A DNA stretch of 64,000 nucleotides from an uncultured delta proteobacterium (GCA_963798485.1 CAWCTR010000004.1:192001-256000); one strand, 5' to 3'. Numbered from the stretch's first letter, positions 1 through 11,275 are shown. Notes: generated from the sequence alone by a model not told the origin. Translations and numbers: made by a program.

Positions 1-1
1 C

Positions 2-862
<861 letters not shown>

Positions 863-999
863 CATAAACGTCTTCGAGGGTTTCTGACAGGGCGACTGAA
901 AAAATAGTCATATAATACTTATTTTTATTAATTAGATGAATCACGCCATTGTTTAGATGGAATGATGAACGACTGTTAATAAATGAAAGGAGCTTGGTT

Positions 1000-1719
1000 A
1001 TGCCTGAAGAAATCAAGGCAGGATGTGCAAGACCTACAGGTGGGCCTGTGGGCGAGGAACCCAAGACAGCACCTCCCGAGGAGGAGGGTATCAGAAAGGA
1101 GGCAAAGGTTATGATCAAGGTCGGAGGCAAGGCCCCTGATTTCACTGCCCCAGCGTATCTTAAGGGCAAGTTCGTACAGATCAAACTATCGGAGTACCTC
1201 GGCAAGTGGGTGGTTCTCTGCTTCTATCCGGGTGACTTCACCTTTGTCTGAGCCACCGAGATCTCGGCAGTTGCCGAGAAATATGGAGAGTTCCAAAAGC
1301 TGGGCGTTGAAGTCTTTTCCATGAGCATCGACAGCGTGTTCGTCCATAAGATGTGGAACGACCATGAGCTTTCCAAGATGGTCAAGGATGGCGTACCCTT
1401 TACCATGCTCTCCGACGGCGGTGGCAGAGTGGGCAGCGTGTACGGTGTGTATGATCCGGATGCAGGGGTGGAGATGCGGGGCCGGTTCCTCATCGACCCA
1501 GACGGTGTGATACAAGGGTATGAGGTACTTACCCCACCTGTTGGTCGGAACGTGAGCGAAACGCTTCGCCAGATCCAGGCCTTCCAGCTTGTAAGAAACA
1601 GCAAAGGAACCGAAGCAACTCCATCTGGGTGGAGGCCGGGCAAAATCACGCTCAAGCCGGGACCGGATCTCGTGGGCAAGGTCTGGGAGGTATGGAAGAC
1701 CTCCATGGCATTTGACTGA
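1000..1719 (+). CDS. prxU: Selenocysteine-containing peroxiredoxin (AhpC/Prx1 family)
   Basis: ORFs 949-1251 and 1321-1719 share a frame; TGA at 1249-1251 sits at the peroxidatic Cys position ([13 protein letters not shown] vs FYPxDFTFVCPTE); RBS AAGGAG before ATG 1000. Confidence 0.92.
1262..1279 (+). promoter_or_regulatory. Bacterial SECIS-like hairpin
   Basis: TCTCGGCA-GT-TGCCGAGA perfect stem starting 10 nt after the in-frame UGA. Confidence 0.75.
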
Positions 1720-1744
1720 TTCAGATTTTTGTTCGTTTCATGTG

Positions 1745-1775
1745 AAGGCAGGGACGATATTGCCCCTGCCTTTTT
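1745..1775 (+). terminator. Rho-independent terminator after prxU
   Basis: AAGGCAGGG...CCCTGCCTT followed by a T run. Confidence 0.8.
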
Positions 1776-2077
1776 ATATGTGCGCCCTAACAATCAAACT
1801 ATACATTCCTATGAAAGAATGTCACGCTTAAGACACAAAAATATTATGACCCAAGTACAGGCCCAATTAAAGGATAGCATCCACATTTATCCTCCCATTG
1901 GAACTACTCCCGCCTCAAGGGATCTCCAACAGGTTGGATAAAGGGAATCATGTATAATTGTATAATAATCTTTCATTGATCGGGGTGGAAGACCATTACA
2001 TGTGGGATTACTTCGATAAAAACTCACTAAGCTAAAACACTGATGCGGTTTCTCAGGCGCTTACGAATCTGCACTGT

Positions 2078-2183
2078 AGATTATGTTCATAACTATACAT
2101 ATTGGCTAAAGTGTAGGTTATGCAATATAATCATCACGTCCATGCATACAAACTCGACCAGAGATTATGAAACATAATCTCTG
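2078..2183. repeat. Three related palindromes (TTATG-n-YATAA core), res-site/operator-like
   Basis: AGATTATGTTCATAACT (2078-2094), GGTTATGCAATATAATC (2116-2132), CAGAGATTATG-AAA-CATAATCTCTG (2159-2183). Confidence 0.45.
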
Positions 2184-2245
2184 ATTGCTAATCATGTCCC
2201 AAGATCGGCTGCAGGAGATTTTTCTTGGGCTAGTTCTTCACTGTC

Positions 2246-2521
2246 CTACTTATTCACCACATCCTTGAAAGCTTTCCCTGCCTTGAATCGAGGAGCCTTG
2301 CTTGCCTTGATCTTTATCTTCTGTCTGGTCTGGGGATTTACTCCTTCTCTGGCTGCCCTTTTAGCTATATCGAAGGTCCCAAAACCTATCAGGGTAACCT
2401 TATCACCCTTCTTGAGAGCACCAGTTATTGACTCTGTGAGAGCATCTACGGCGTCCAGTGCAGCTGACTTTGATATCTTTACTTTGCCTGCAATAACATC
2501 AACCAGATTTGTTTTTGTCAT
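2246..2521 (-). CDS. hup: HU family DNA-binding protein (copy 1)
   Basis: MTKTNLVDVIA...GDKVTLIGFGTF...REGVNPQT...PRFKAGKAFKD; RBS GAGGAGG before ATG 2521. Confidence 0.93.
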   Translation of the reverse strand: MTKTNLVDVIAGKVKISKSAALDAVDALTESITGALKKGDKVTLIGFGTFDIAKRAAREGVNPQTRQKIKIKASKAPRFKAGKAFKDVVNK

Positions 2522-2681
2522 GACTTCCTCCTCGTATTTACCAAACCACCTATTATCATGCTCTGTCCCTATTAAAGAGATGTGTTCATGAAGAATGGCT
2601 CTTACTGTGGTTTGAGCATTATCATCTCTATAATATATCAACAGGACAATGTCATCTCTATCATGAATAGGATGACAGATT

Positions 2682-3023
2682 TTATCTCCGTCCTGCTCCT
2701 GATACTCTGCCAGTCTTTCTCTTGCCTGGAGCCCCCTGTTCCTGGATTGATCTCATTTCCTTTTCAACCCTCTCAGCTAGAAAGCTCTTCAAAAGTGTCT
2801 GATAGGGTATATCTCTCTTGTTAGCCAAGGACTTAACATTGGCTATCAACAGCTCAGGCAGCCTCAATGATATTGATCTGAGCGATGGTTTCAGGTCTGG
2901 GAATATAGATCTTTTTGCTTTATTCCAATCTATGTACCTGGTGGAATCGGCAGTTGCCCAGAATTCACGTTCGTCTTCTTCAGAGGTAAACTTCGGGACT
3001 GGGATCTTAGAGGTCTTTTTCAT
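2682..3023 (-). CDS. brnA: BrnA-like/CopG antitoxin
   Basis: PKFTSEEDEREFW...ISLRLPE...IPYQTLLK; directly downstream of brnT. Confidence 0.8.
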   Translation of the reverse strand: MKKTSKIPVPKFTSEEDEREFWATADSTRYIDWNKAKRSIFPDLKPSLRSISLRLPELLIANVKSLANKRDIPYQTLLKSFLAERVEKEMRSIQEQGAPGKRKTGRVSGAGRR

Positions 3024-3030
3024 GACTGCA

Positions 3031-3342
3031 TCACTCTCCTTGTAATCTCTCAAATTCTCTTTTCTCGTTTCTGTTCATGTCCCTTGCCGATATGATCCTG
3101 ATGAGTTGATTCCGTATGGTGTAAACAACGAATAACCTTCTTCCTGAATCTGTTTTCCCCAGTGCATAGTACCTGGGCTCATCATGTGAGTGACGTACAT
3201 CCGATCCACTGATAAACGGTTGATTAAAGAATACCTGCTCACATTCACTGTCCGAAACCTTATGTTTTGTTAGGTTCTTGTTGCTGTTCCCATCATCCCA
3301 TTCAAACCCTATGCAATCCAATACCTCATCGGCAACTTTCAT
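3031..3342 (-). CDS. brnT: BrnT family ribonuclease toxin
   Basis: FEWDDGNSNKNLTKH...HSHDEPRY...LFVVYTIR...IRIISAR. Confidence 0.9.
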   Translation of the reverse strand: MKVADEVLDCIGFEWDDGNSNKNLTKHKVSDSECEQVFFNQPFISGSDVRHSHDEPRYYALGKTDSGRRLFVVYTIRNQLIRIISARDMNRNEKREFERLQGE

Positions 3343-3569
3343 AGTAACTGTATATAGATGACATATACATTAGTCAAGTGATTCATGAGACAGTCTTGAG
3401 ATATTGGCACCTAAAGTTAGCATATTGATTCATGATAACAATGCCTTCAAACTCTCATGTAATCTCCTATCTCTCCGATACAATTCTATAATAAGAGCTA
3501 CCAGATTCAATACAGACCGGCTTATCCATATATATCCATTTACAACTTAGACATCAGGAGAGAGGTTGC

Positions 3570-3833
3570 ATGAAAAAAGTCGATGCTATAAAAGAGTTGT
3601 GCTTGGATCTGCTGTACGATTCGGGAATCCATAACCAGGAGATCATGAAGCACCTGACTTTCTCTACAGGTCTGATTGAGAATGATATTACCCAAGAAGG
3701 GTGTGATGACTGGTTTGAACGGAGTATGAATGAAACTGCCAGGTATATCAGGGGAAAAGTGTGTTTATGCAGTAATAAGACTCTTGATGATGTACATTTC
3801 CTGCTGTTGGAGATATCAGGAATAGTGCATTGA
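3570..3833 (+). CDS. Hypothetical protein
   Basis: 87-aa ORF with GAGAGG RBS; no recognised motif. Confidence 0.5.
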   Translation: MKKVDAIKELCLDLLYDSGIHNQEIMKHLTFSTGLIENDITQEGCDDWFERSMNETARYIRGKVCLCSNKTLDDVHFLLLEISGIVH

Positions 3834-4094
3834 ATCATCCATTGTACTGATTCCATTGATCACTGTTGGCATCCAACCAATGAATCACATGCAGAAATAC
3901 TCTCTCACGCTGTGTCGTATGGATGTTCCCCTATACCCTCATGTTTGAATTCTGAGTGTCACTATAGATGCGGGAACGATTCTGATAACTTCGAAAATTA
4001 ATATATTGAATAAAGACTAGTTGGTGTGGAAGAGCATGGGAATTTAACCCATGAATGTATGGGAGCATTAGCACCATCATTCTGCAAAGCAAAA

Positions 4095-4126
4095 ATCCCC
4101 GGTACACCAAACGGTACACCGGGGAT
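4095..4126. repeat. Hairpin with tandem CGGTACACC repeats just 3' of tRNA-Glu (terminator and/or integrase arm sites)
   Basis: ATCCCCGGT...ACCGGGGAT inverted repeat; CGGTACACC at 4100-4108 and 4112-4120. Confidence 0.5.
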
Positions 4127-4147
4127 CTTCTGAAAACCTGTAAGTCC

Positions 4148-4223
4148 TGGTAGTCCCAAGGGGAATTGAACCCCTGTTTACGGCGTGAGAGGCCGTTGTC
4201 CTAGGCCACTAGACGATGGGACC
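4148..4223 (-). tRNA. tRNA-Glu(CTC)
   Basis: GGTCCCATCGTCTAGTGG...ACGGC-CTCTCAC-GCCGT...GGTTCAATTCCCC...ACCA, 76 nt. Confidence 0.96.
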
Positions 4224-4231
4224 GCAAAATC

Positions 4232-4305
4232 TGACTGGGGGACTAGGATTCGAACCTAGATAAACGGAGTCAGAGTCCGCTGTCTTACCATTGGACGATC
4301 CCCCA
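4232..4305 (-). tRNA. tRNA-Gln(CTG), CCA not encoded
   Basis: TGGGGGATCGTCCAATGG...GCGGA-CTCTGAC-TCCGT...GGTTCGAATCC; ends in TCA. Confidence 0.95.
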
Positions 4306-4508
4306 GTGCATCTAGTTCTTCTAACGGCTGAACAAAGGCTTGTCAAGGTGTTTTTCTCTTGTCGTGATCCCGGGTGGAGCATGCCCTGGAGCGGGTTTAA
4401 AGACATTGTAGGGCTGGGGTATGCAAGGTGATAGGAACCGGTTAGTCCCCATTTTTGATATGAGCAAAAGGCCTTGTATTGCTCATTCGCGAATGTTATT
4501 CAACTTAT

Positions 4509-5729
4509 ATGACCATCAAGGACGACAAGCTCTATATTGTGATGGTGGGCCTGCCTTCCCAGGGCAAGTCCACCGTGGCCTTTCGGATGCAGGACATCTT
4601 CAAGAAGAACTCCATCCCCACCATGATCTACAACAATGGGGAGTTGCGGAGGAAGTACGCACCCGCAGACACCTGGATGTCGGACTTCTACAACCCCCAG
4701 AACAAAGAGGCCATGGAATTGAGAAAACAGTTTGCCCTTATGAATATCAAACGCGCAAGGCAATACCTGAGAAATAAAGGCCAGGTGGCCATACTGGATG
4801 CAACGAACGTCAGCCGGACCAGGCGCGAGCTCATCGAGGAGAACCTGAAGGAACACCCTATACTCTATATCGAATGTATCAACAATGATGATGATATCGT
4901 GGATGTAAGCATCAGCCACAAGGTGCGCGCACCCGAATTTTCATCGCTCAGCGAAGAGCTGGCGATCAAGGAGTTCAAGAAGAGGATTGAATATTACCGG
5001 ATGATCTACAAGCCCCTTCATGTGGAGCGGAACTTTATCACCATGGACTCCCTGCACAACCGGGTCCTGTCCGAGCAGATCGAAGACCAGCTTCCGCTCT
5101 ATTCCCGCATCAGGGACTGCCTGGTGACCGACGTGGTGAAAAGCCTCTTCCTCATCCGTCACACCGAGACCTTCTTCAATGTGGAAGACCGCATCGGGGG
5201 CGATCCCGACCTCACCCCCAGGGGAAGGGAACAGGCAAATGCGCTGGGCCGGTTCTTTAAGAACAAGAAGATAGCCTATATCTTCACCAGCGAGATGAAG
5301 CGGACATTCCAGACGGCCAAGGCCATCAAGGCCCTCCAGCATGATTGCACTATCGTACGTTTGAAAGAGTTTAACGAGATCCATGCCGGTAACTGCGAGG
5401 GCATGACCTATGACGAGATCCAGCGTTTCAAGCCTGATATCCACTCTGCACGCAAGGCGGACAAGTACAACTATATCTACCCCGGCGGCGAGGGTTACGG
5501 TACCATGAAGGAGCGGATCAAGATCGGCATTAAAAAGGCCTTCTACCTGAACCAGAGGCCTGACAAAATCATGATTATTGGGCATAGGGCCGTTAACCGC
5601 ATGATCCTCTCGCACTTTCTTTACCGCAGGGAAGAGGATGTGCCCTACATCTACATACCCCAGGACAAGTTCTACCATATTGTGGCGACCCAGGATCGCA
5701 AGGTGTTCGAGCTGAAAAAGTACGAGTAG
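4509..5729 (+). CDS. Bifunctional 6-phosphofructo-2-kinase/fructose-2,6-bisphosphatase-like protein
   Basis: N-terminal IVMVGLPSQGKS P-loop and ILDATN; C-terminal His-phosphatase LIRHTET...RIGGDPDLT...EFNEIHAG...YPGGEGY...IIGH; start codon uncertain. Confidence 0.88.
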   Translation: MTIKDDKLYIVMVGLPSQGKSTVAFRMQDIFKKNSIPTMIYNNGELRRKYAPADTWMSDFYNPQNKEAMELRKQFALMNIKRARQYLRNKGQVAILDATNVSRTRRELIEENLKEHPILYIECINNDDDIVDVSISHKVRAPEFSSLSEELAIKEFKKRIEYYRMIYKPLHVERNFITMDSLHNRVLSEQIEDQLPLYSRIRDCLVTDVVKSLFLIRHTETFFNVEDRIGGDPDLTPRGREQANALGRFFKNKKIAYIFTSEMKRTFQTAKAIKALQHDCTIVRLKEFNEIHAGNCEGMTYDEIQRFKPDIHSARKADKYNYIYPGGEGYGTMKERIKIGIKKAFYLNQRPDKIMIIGHRAVNRMILSHFLYRREEDVPYIYIPQDKFYHIVATQDRKVFELKKYE

Positions 5730-5739
5730 GTGCTTGGGC

Positions 5740-6769
5740 TCAGGGCGCCTTTTCCATGGATTCAAGCGTCTTCACCATGGTGGCTGCCGTCTCAAAATCA
5801 GGATTGATTTTCAGGGCTTTAATAAAGCATTCCTTTGCCAGAAGGGTTTGGCCCATTTCGAGATAGGCCCTGCCCATGTTGAAGTGGATATTCTCATCTT
5901 TCGGATCGATCTTCACGGCCTTCTGATAAACCTTCACGGCATCCGCATGCCGGTTCTGCCTCCGATAGATAATCCCTAAGCTGTTGTATACGTTCGTGGT
6001 GTCGGGGTTCAGCGAGATGATCTCATTAAAGATGCCCTCCGCCTTTTCATGCATGTCGCGCTCCAGGAATATCTCACCCGCCATATTGAGATATCTTTCA
6101 GCCATATGCGTTGTTGCCCATTTTTATAAAGACTTCAGCCATGGCCTGGTAAGCCTTGGCGAAGAGCTGGTTGATCTGGGTAGCCTTCCTGAAGGCTGCA
6201 AGGGCTTCATCATATTCAGATTTTGCCGTATGGATATACCCGATGTTGTAATAGACCTCAGCCGACTCCAGAACCGCCAGGACGCTTTGATATTCCTTTA
6301 TTGCGAGGTCGAACAGACCTGCCTTTGTATAGGTATCGCCCTTCTCCAGGTAGGCCTTTGCCTTTTTGGTTGACGGGGTCATGTCGAATTCCAGGATCAG
6401 GCTTATCTTTTTCTCAAGGATATCCATACTGAGCGGTTCCACAAGGATGGCGTTCACCCCTGACTCACCTGCCTTGATGACATCGCTTTTGGTTATCTCG
6501 GCAGTCCAGAGGACAACGGGCGTATCCGAATATTGTGAATCCGAACGGATAAGTCTGAGCAGGGCCATGCCGTTCATCTCAGGCATATGCCACTGGGCAA
6601 TGACAATGCCGGGGTTGATCCTTTTCTTCATGAGCTCCCATCCGCGTGGTCCGTCATCGGCATGCTCCATATTGGTGAAGCCGAGCTTTGCCAGCATGGT
6701 TGATACGTTCTTGTGGTAGAAGGTATTGGGTCCGATGATGAGGATTCGAACCCCCGGGGCAATGGCCAT
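5740..6769 (-). pseudogene. Response regulator receiver + TPR protein split by a frameshift near 6105
   Basis: REC domain then TPRs; one TPR continues across ORFs 6098-6769 and 5740-6105 if one base is removed (…KMGNN/MAERYL…). Confidence 0.7.
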
Positions 6770-6786
6770 ATACGATCCTCCTTAGC

Positions 6787-7824
6787 CTAAAAACGCCTGG
6801 TTAAGCCAATGCCGGCATCAGAGCACTCCTGTTTGATCTTTGCCTTGATGGATATACTGTCACCTGTATCGTTACCGGTAGTGCCAGGGTCGTCTCCATA
6901 CCAGTACTGATCCTCATGGCCGTCCGTAGCGATCCTGATAAAGGAGTACCGGGAGGAGATGAACCAGTTGCCGGTGATCTTAAAGAGGCTTGAAATAGAG
7001 GCTTGATAGCCTCCCCCTGAAGCGGACGTGTGTGAGACCCTGTTGCGTTCGAGGTGTATGTCCTCATCCTTTGCATAAACAAGGGGGAGAGCAGAGGCTT
7101 CAAGGGTGATGATTAAAGTGTCTTCGACCCTGGACTGCAGTGCAAGGCCTAGGGAGAATATATTATAGTTTACCGTGTAGGTAGAGGTAAGCCCTGATAG
7201 TGAACTTGTCTGGTTCTGCCAGGGGCCATACCCGATCTGGCGTGTATTATAAGCCCTGTAATCGAACTTCTCATACTGGTAGCCGGCTGTAAAACCCGCA
7301 GAGATGAACCTCGTGCGCAATGGGAAGATACGAGATTGAAGTGCAAAGACAAGTGCCTTGGAATCGAGGTCACTCTCCGAATAGATATCAACACCATCAT
7401 GCTGGATTTGCGCACCGGTTTCATCGAGGTAATCGTAATCCTTCATGGGATTGTGATTTGACTCCCAGGGCGATGCCGCGATGTTGAACTCAGCTTCAAA
7501 GATGTCTTGGGCCGACAGACCGAGCCTTATGCCGATGGTCCTTGCATCGATGGGCCACTCCAGTTTGCTGCGTCCGCCATCGAAGGTCGTTAGAATAGAG
7601 TTATTCCCTGTTATGTCGAGGGCCTCAAGTGAGCCTGTTCCGTGATAGTCAAAGGCATGAACAGTTGAATCTAAAGATGCAACCGCGAGCACCGAGGAAA
7701 CCAGGACAAGGATTGAAAGCGAGAAGGCCGTTCGCACCTTGAATAGTATGAGTCTTCCAATGTTATCAGAAGGGATGGATTTGGTCCTCGTGGTAATGGG
7801 TCCCGATGGAGAATTTTGATTCAA
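6787..7824 (-). CDS. Omptin family outer-membrane protease
   Basis: RSKLEWP, MKDYDY and DEDIHLER omptin-like motifs; alternating beta-strands; C-terminal Phe; start uncertain. Confidence 0.75.
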   Translation of the reverse strand: MNQNSPSGPITTRTKSIPSDNIGRLILFKVRTAFSLSILVLVSSVLAVASLDSTVHAFDYHGTGSLEALDITGNNSILTTFDGGRSKLEWPIDARTIGIRLGLSAQDIFEAEFNIAASPWESNHNPMKDYDYLDETGAQIQHDGVDIYSESDLDSKALVFALQSRIFPLRTRFISAGFTAGYQYEKFDYRAYNTRQIGYGPWQNQTSSLSGLTSTYTVNYNIFSLGLALQSRVEDTLIITLEASALPLVYAKDEDIHLERNRVSHTSASGGGYQASISSLFKITGNWFISSRYSFIRIATDGHEDQYWYGDDPGTTGNDTGDSISIKAKIKQECSDAGIGLTRRF

Positions 7825-7931
7825 GTCGGATTCCGTTTTACTTTTTTATACCAGGGTTAGCATGATCGGTTTTTGTCAGGCAAGAAAATTCAGGTTCTTC
7901 TTAAGTACTCTGATGTCAATCGATCAAGGAT

Positions 7932-10376
7932 TTGATTTTTATGTGCCGGATTCCGAGAAGAACCATAGTGAATACTTACCGGGCAGACACAATAACAATG
8001 GATCATATTCGACAGCTCATAGCCTCCTGTCGGGATGGATGTTCCGGGCTCTCTGAAGGATTTGCCTTGAGCGGCCTGGAGAGACTCCTTATCCAGCTTG
8101 TTGACTGCCAGCCTGATGCCTCCTTTGCCATTGATACCAAAGGTAGGATTATTGCGTGGAACAGGGCAATGGAAGACCTTACCGGTTTAAGGAAATCCGA
8201 AATCCTGGGCAAGGCCGGTTATGAATATGCAGTGCCTTTCTATAAAGACAGGAGGCCTATACTCATTGACTATGTGGTAAGCAGGGATGAGGAGATCATG
8301 AAGCACTACCCCCAGGCAGAGCTTGAGGGCAATGCAGTGGTTGCGGAGATAGAAGCCACGCTCAAGCATGACAAACAGGTGGTGTTGTGGATCAAGGCAC
8401 AGCCCGTGTACGACTTTGACGGGAATATTATCGGCTCCATCGAGTCGGTCAGGGACATCACTGCATACAGAAAGACCCAGAAAGAGTTCAGGGAGGTCGA
8501 GGATCGGTATCGGGCACTCTTCGATCGATCTCTTTTTTGTGTCTATGTGCATGACTTCGAGGGTAATTATATTGATGCAAACAGGGCCACATTGGATGCC
8601 CTGGGCTATACCCTCGACGAGCTCAAGGGGCTTCAGTTCAGATCGCTCATCACAAAGGATCAGTATCCCCTCGCGCTCAAAGTCCGTGAAGAGATTATGA
8701 ACAACGGCACCCAGGAGGGGTTGAGCGAGTTTATTCTTACCAGGAAAGACGGGACAACGCTTACGATCGAATCCAATGGCGCGCTGATCTTCCGTGACGG
8801 CAAGCCCTATGCCATCCAGGGTATGGCAAGGGATATCACCGAGCGCAAGCTGGCTGAAGAGGCCCTGCTGGAGAGCGAGAACAGGTACCGCACCGTGTTC
8901 GAAAACGTCAGCGACTTCCTCATCATCCATGGACTGGACGGCACCATCATGGAGACCAATAGTGCATCGATCAGGCGCAGTGGATACACGTCCGATGACC
9001 TCAAGGGCATGAACATACGGGACCTCATCCCGGGGAAGTACCGTGAGGGGTTTGATGAATACCTGCACAGGATTGTGAAGAACGGCCGTGACGACGGGCT
9101 CCTGCGCGTCAGGACAAAAGACGGTGACGACAGGGTTGTAGAATACAAGAACGTCCTTATCCGCCGTACGGACGGGACCCCGTGGTATATCCAGGGGTCG
9201 GCCAGGGACATCACGGAACAGGTCAAGGCACAGAAGGCCCTCAAGGAGAGCACCGAAAAGTACCGGAATATCCTTGAAAACATGCAGGAGGGCTATTTCG
9301 AGGTGGATCTGGCCGGCAGCTTCACCTTCTTCAACCATGTGATATGCGACAACCTCGGATATACCGAAGATGAGCTCTCCAGTATGAATTACCAGGACTA
9401 CATGGATGAGGAGAATGCCCGGAAGGTCTTCGAGCAGTTTCACCAGGTCTTCCAGACGGGTAAGTCCACCAAGGCCTTTGAGTGGGAGCAGATACGAAAG
9501 AACGGCAACCCCATGTATGTTGAGGCATCCATCATGCTCATCAGGAATGCACAGGGAGAGCCGGTCGGCTTCCAGGGCATTGTCCGCGACATCACCGAGC
9601 GTAAGGAGGCGGAGAATGAGCGGGTCCGTCAGGAGATACGCCTTATGCAGGCCCAGAAGATGGAGGCCATCGGTACGCTGTCCAGCGGCATAGCCCATGA
9701 CTTCAATAACATGCTCTCGGGCATCCTGGGCTACGGCGAGCTCCTCAAGCGTGAACTGGAAGATGGCAGCCGTACACGGGCATACTGCGAGCAGATACTC
9801 AGTGCGAGTATGCGGGCACGGGACCTTGTTTCGCAGATCCTCTCGTTCAGCCGCTCCTATAAGGCCACCAGAGAGCCCATAGAGGTTTATCCCCTTGTCG
9901 AGGATGCACTCAAGCTCCTTCAGGCAAGCATACCCACGACCATTGAAATAGTGAGCTCCATTGATGCCCATGCAGGAATGGTTTGCGGCGATCCTACGGA
10001 GATCCACCAGATCGTCATGAATCTCTGCACGAACGCCTTCCATTCCATGGAAACCAGAGGGGGGATTTTAAGCGTGGGTTTGTATCCTTTAACCCTTGAT
10101 GGGCATTTTACTGCCCGCTATCCCAGGCTTAATCCCGGTCCCCATGTGGTGCTCTCGGTGAGTGACACGGGATGCGGTATTGATGAGGAGACCAGCAAGC
10201 ATATCTTCGAGCCGTTTTTCACCACCAAGGAGCAGGGAAAAGGCACGGGGCTCGGCCTGGCGACGGTGCAACGCATCGTGAGCGCCCTCAATGGGGAGAT
10301 CACCCTTGAGAGCGCCTTGAACAAAGGGAGCACCTTCACCATATACCTGCCGTGCGTGGGGAATGGGCACAAATAG
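7932..10376 (+). CDS. Cytoplasmic multi-PAS sensor histidine kinase
   Basis: Four PAS/PAC repeats (RDITER-type ends), H-box GIAHDFNN, QIVMNLCTNA, DTGCGI, FEPFFTTK, GTGLGL; start uncertain. Confidence 0.93.
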   Translation: MIFMCRIPRRTIVNTYRADTITMDHIRQLIASCRDGCSGLSEGFALSGLERLLIQLVDCQPDASFAIDTKGRIIAWNRAMEDLTGLRKSEILGKAGYEYAVPFYKDRRPILIDYVVSRDEEIMKHYPQAELEGNAVVAEIEATLKHDKQVVLWIKAQPVYDFDGNIIGSIESVRDITAYRKTQKEFREVEDRYRALFDRSLFCVYVHDFEGNYIDANRATLDALGYTLDELKGLQFRSLITKDQYPLALKVREEIMNNGTQEGLSEFILTRKDGTTLTIESNGALIFRDGKPYAIQGMARDITERKLAEEALLESENRYRTVFENVSDFLIIHGLDGTIMETNSASIRRSGYTSDDLKGMNIRDLIPGKYREGFDEYLHRIVKNGRDDGLLRVRTKDGDDRVVEYKNVLIRRTDGTPWYIQGSARDITEQVKAQKALKESTEKYRNILENMQEGYFEVDLAGSFTFFNHVICDNLGYTEDELSSMNYQDYMDEENARKVFEQFHQVFQTGKSTKAFEWEQIRKNGNPMYVEASIMLIRNAQGEPVGFQGIVRDITERKEAENERVRQEIRLMQAQKMEAIGTLSSGIAHDFNNMLSGILGYGELLKRELEDGSRTRAYCEQILSASMRARDLVSQILSFSRSYKATREPIEVYPLVEDALKLLQASIPTTIEIVSSIDAHAGMVCGDPTEIHQIVMNLCTNAFHSMETRGGILSVGLYPLTLDGHFTARYPRLNPGPHVVLSVSDTGCGIDEETSKHIFEPFFTTKEQGKGTGLGLATVQRIVSALNGEITLESALNKGSTFTIYLPCVGNGHK

Positions 10377-10419
10377 GTTTCAGGCTCCAAACGAAATAGT
10401 CTGATTGCGCGCTTCAATC

Positions 10420-11265
10420 TCAGTCGGTCTTGTTCACTGCGACTGAGGGAAAGCTGATGATCTTTTTCCCATTAATCAGATCCTCTGGTTTCCGGGAATA
10501 TCCGAAGGTGTCTGTTTCATGTTCATGGATAATATTGGCCCGGTGGAGAAGTTCATGATCAGAAATAACTTCGGCGGGTGTCCCGTCGGCGATGATACCA
10601 TGGTCTTCGCCCAGCACGATTACCCGTGATGAGATCTGTTTCACCAGGGAGATGTCGTGGGTTGTAGTGATGATGGTCTTGCCCGCCTTTCTGATTTCGC
10701 TCATGAGCCCTATCAGCCAGTGGCGGGTTCTCAGGTCAAGGGAGCTGGTGGGCTCATCTAGGAGCAGGACTTGTGGGTTCAATGATAATACCGATCCTAT
10801 GGCGACCCGTTTTTTTTCCCCACCCGAGAGCTGGTTGGGGGTGCGGTCCTTGAGGGAAGAGATACCGAGCATGTCAAGGACATCATCAACCCGTTTTATC
10901 ACCTCTCCTTCAGGCAGGCCGAGCTGCAACGGGCCGAATGCGATCTCATCATAGACCTTGGGACAAAAGAGCTGGATGTCCGGGTTCTGGAATACGAATC
11001 CCACCCTGCTCCGGAAGAAATGGCGGAAGATATCCGTTTCGAGCTTGTCTTCCGTCAGGACCTCGCCGAATGCCGTGATGGCCCCTGAGCTCGGGAAGAT
11101 GAGTCCGTCCAGCATATGCAGAAGGGTTGATTTGCCAGAACCATTGGCACCAAGTATCGCCAGGGATTCACCAGTGTGGATTGAAAGGCTGATCCTGTCG
11201 ATGGCCGGGATGGAGGCATGGTAGCGGTAACTTACAGCCGATAGCTCGTAGATGGAGTTTCTCAT
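10420..11265 (-). CDS. cbiO: ECF Ni/Co transporter ATPase (NikO/CbiO), copy 1
   Basis: GANGSGKST, LSGGEKKR, LLLDEPT. Confidence 0.92.
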   Translation of the reverse strand: MRNSIYELSAVSYRYHASIPAIDRISLSIHTGESLAILGANGSGKSTLLHMLDGLIFPSSGAITAFGEVLTEDKLETDIFRHFFRSRVGFVFQNPDIQLFCPKVYDEIAFGPLQLGLPEGEVIKRVDDVLDMLGISSLKDRTPNQLSGGEKKRVAIGSVLSLNPQVLLLDEPTSSLDLRTRHWLIGLMSEIRKAGKTIITTTHDISLVKQISSRVIVLGEDHGIIADGTPAEVISDHELLHRANIIHEHETDTFGYSRKPEDLINGKKIISFPSVAVNKTD

Positions 11266-11275
11266 TTACACTCCC

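Noticed and set aside
8187-10043. 618-aa antisense ORF and similar shadow ORFs (191-865, 4941-5765, 34496-35749, 58711-59715)
   Set aside because: They overlap well-supported genes on the opposite strand or in another frame and have no recognisable motifs
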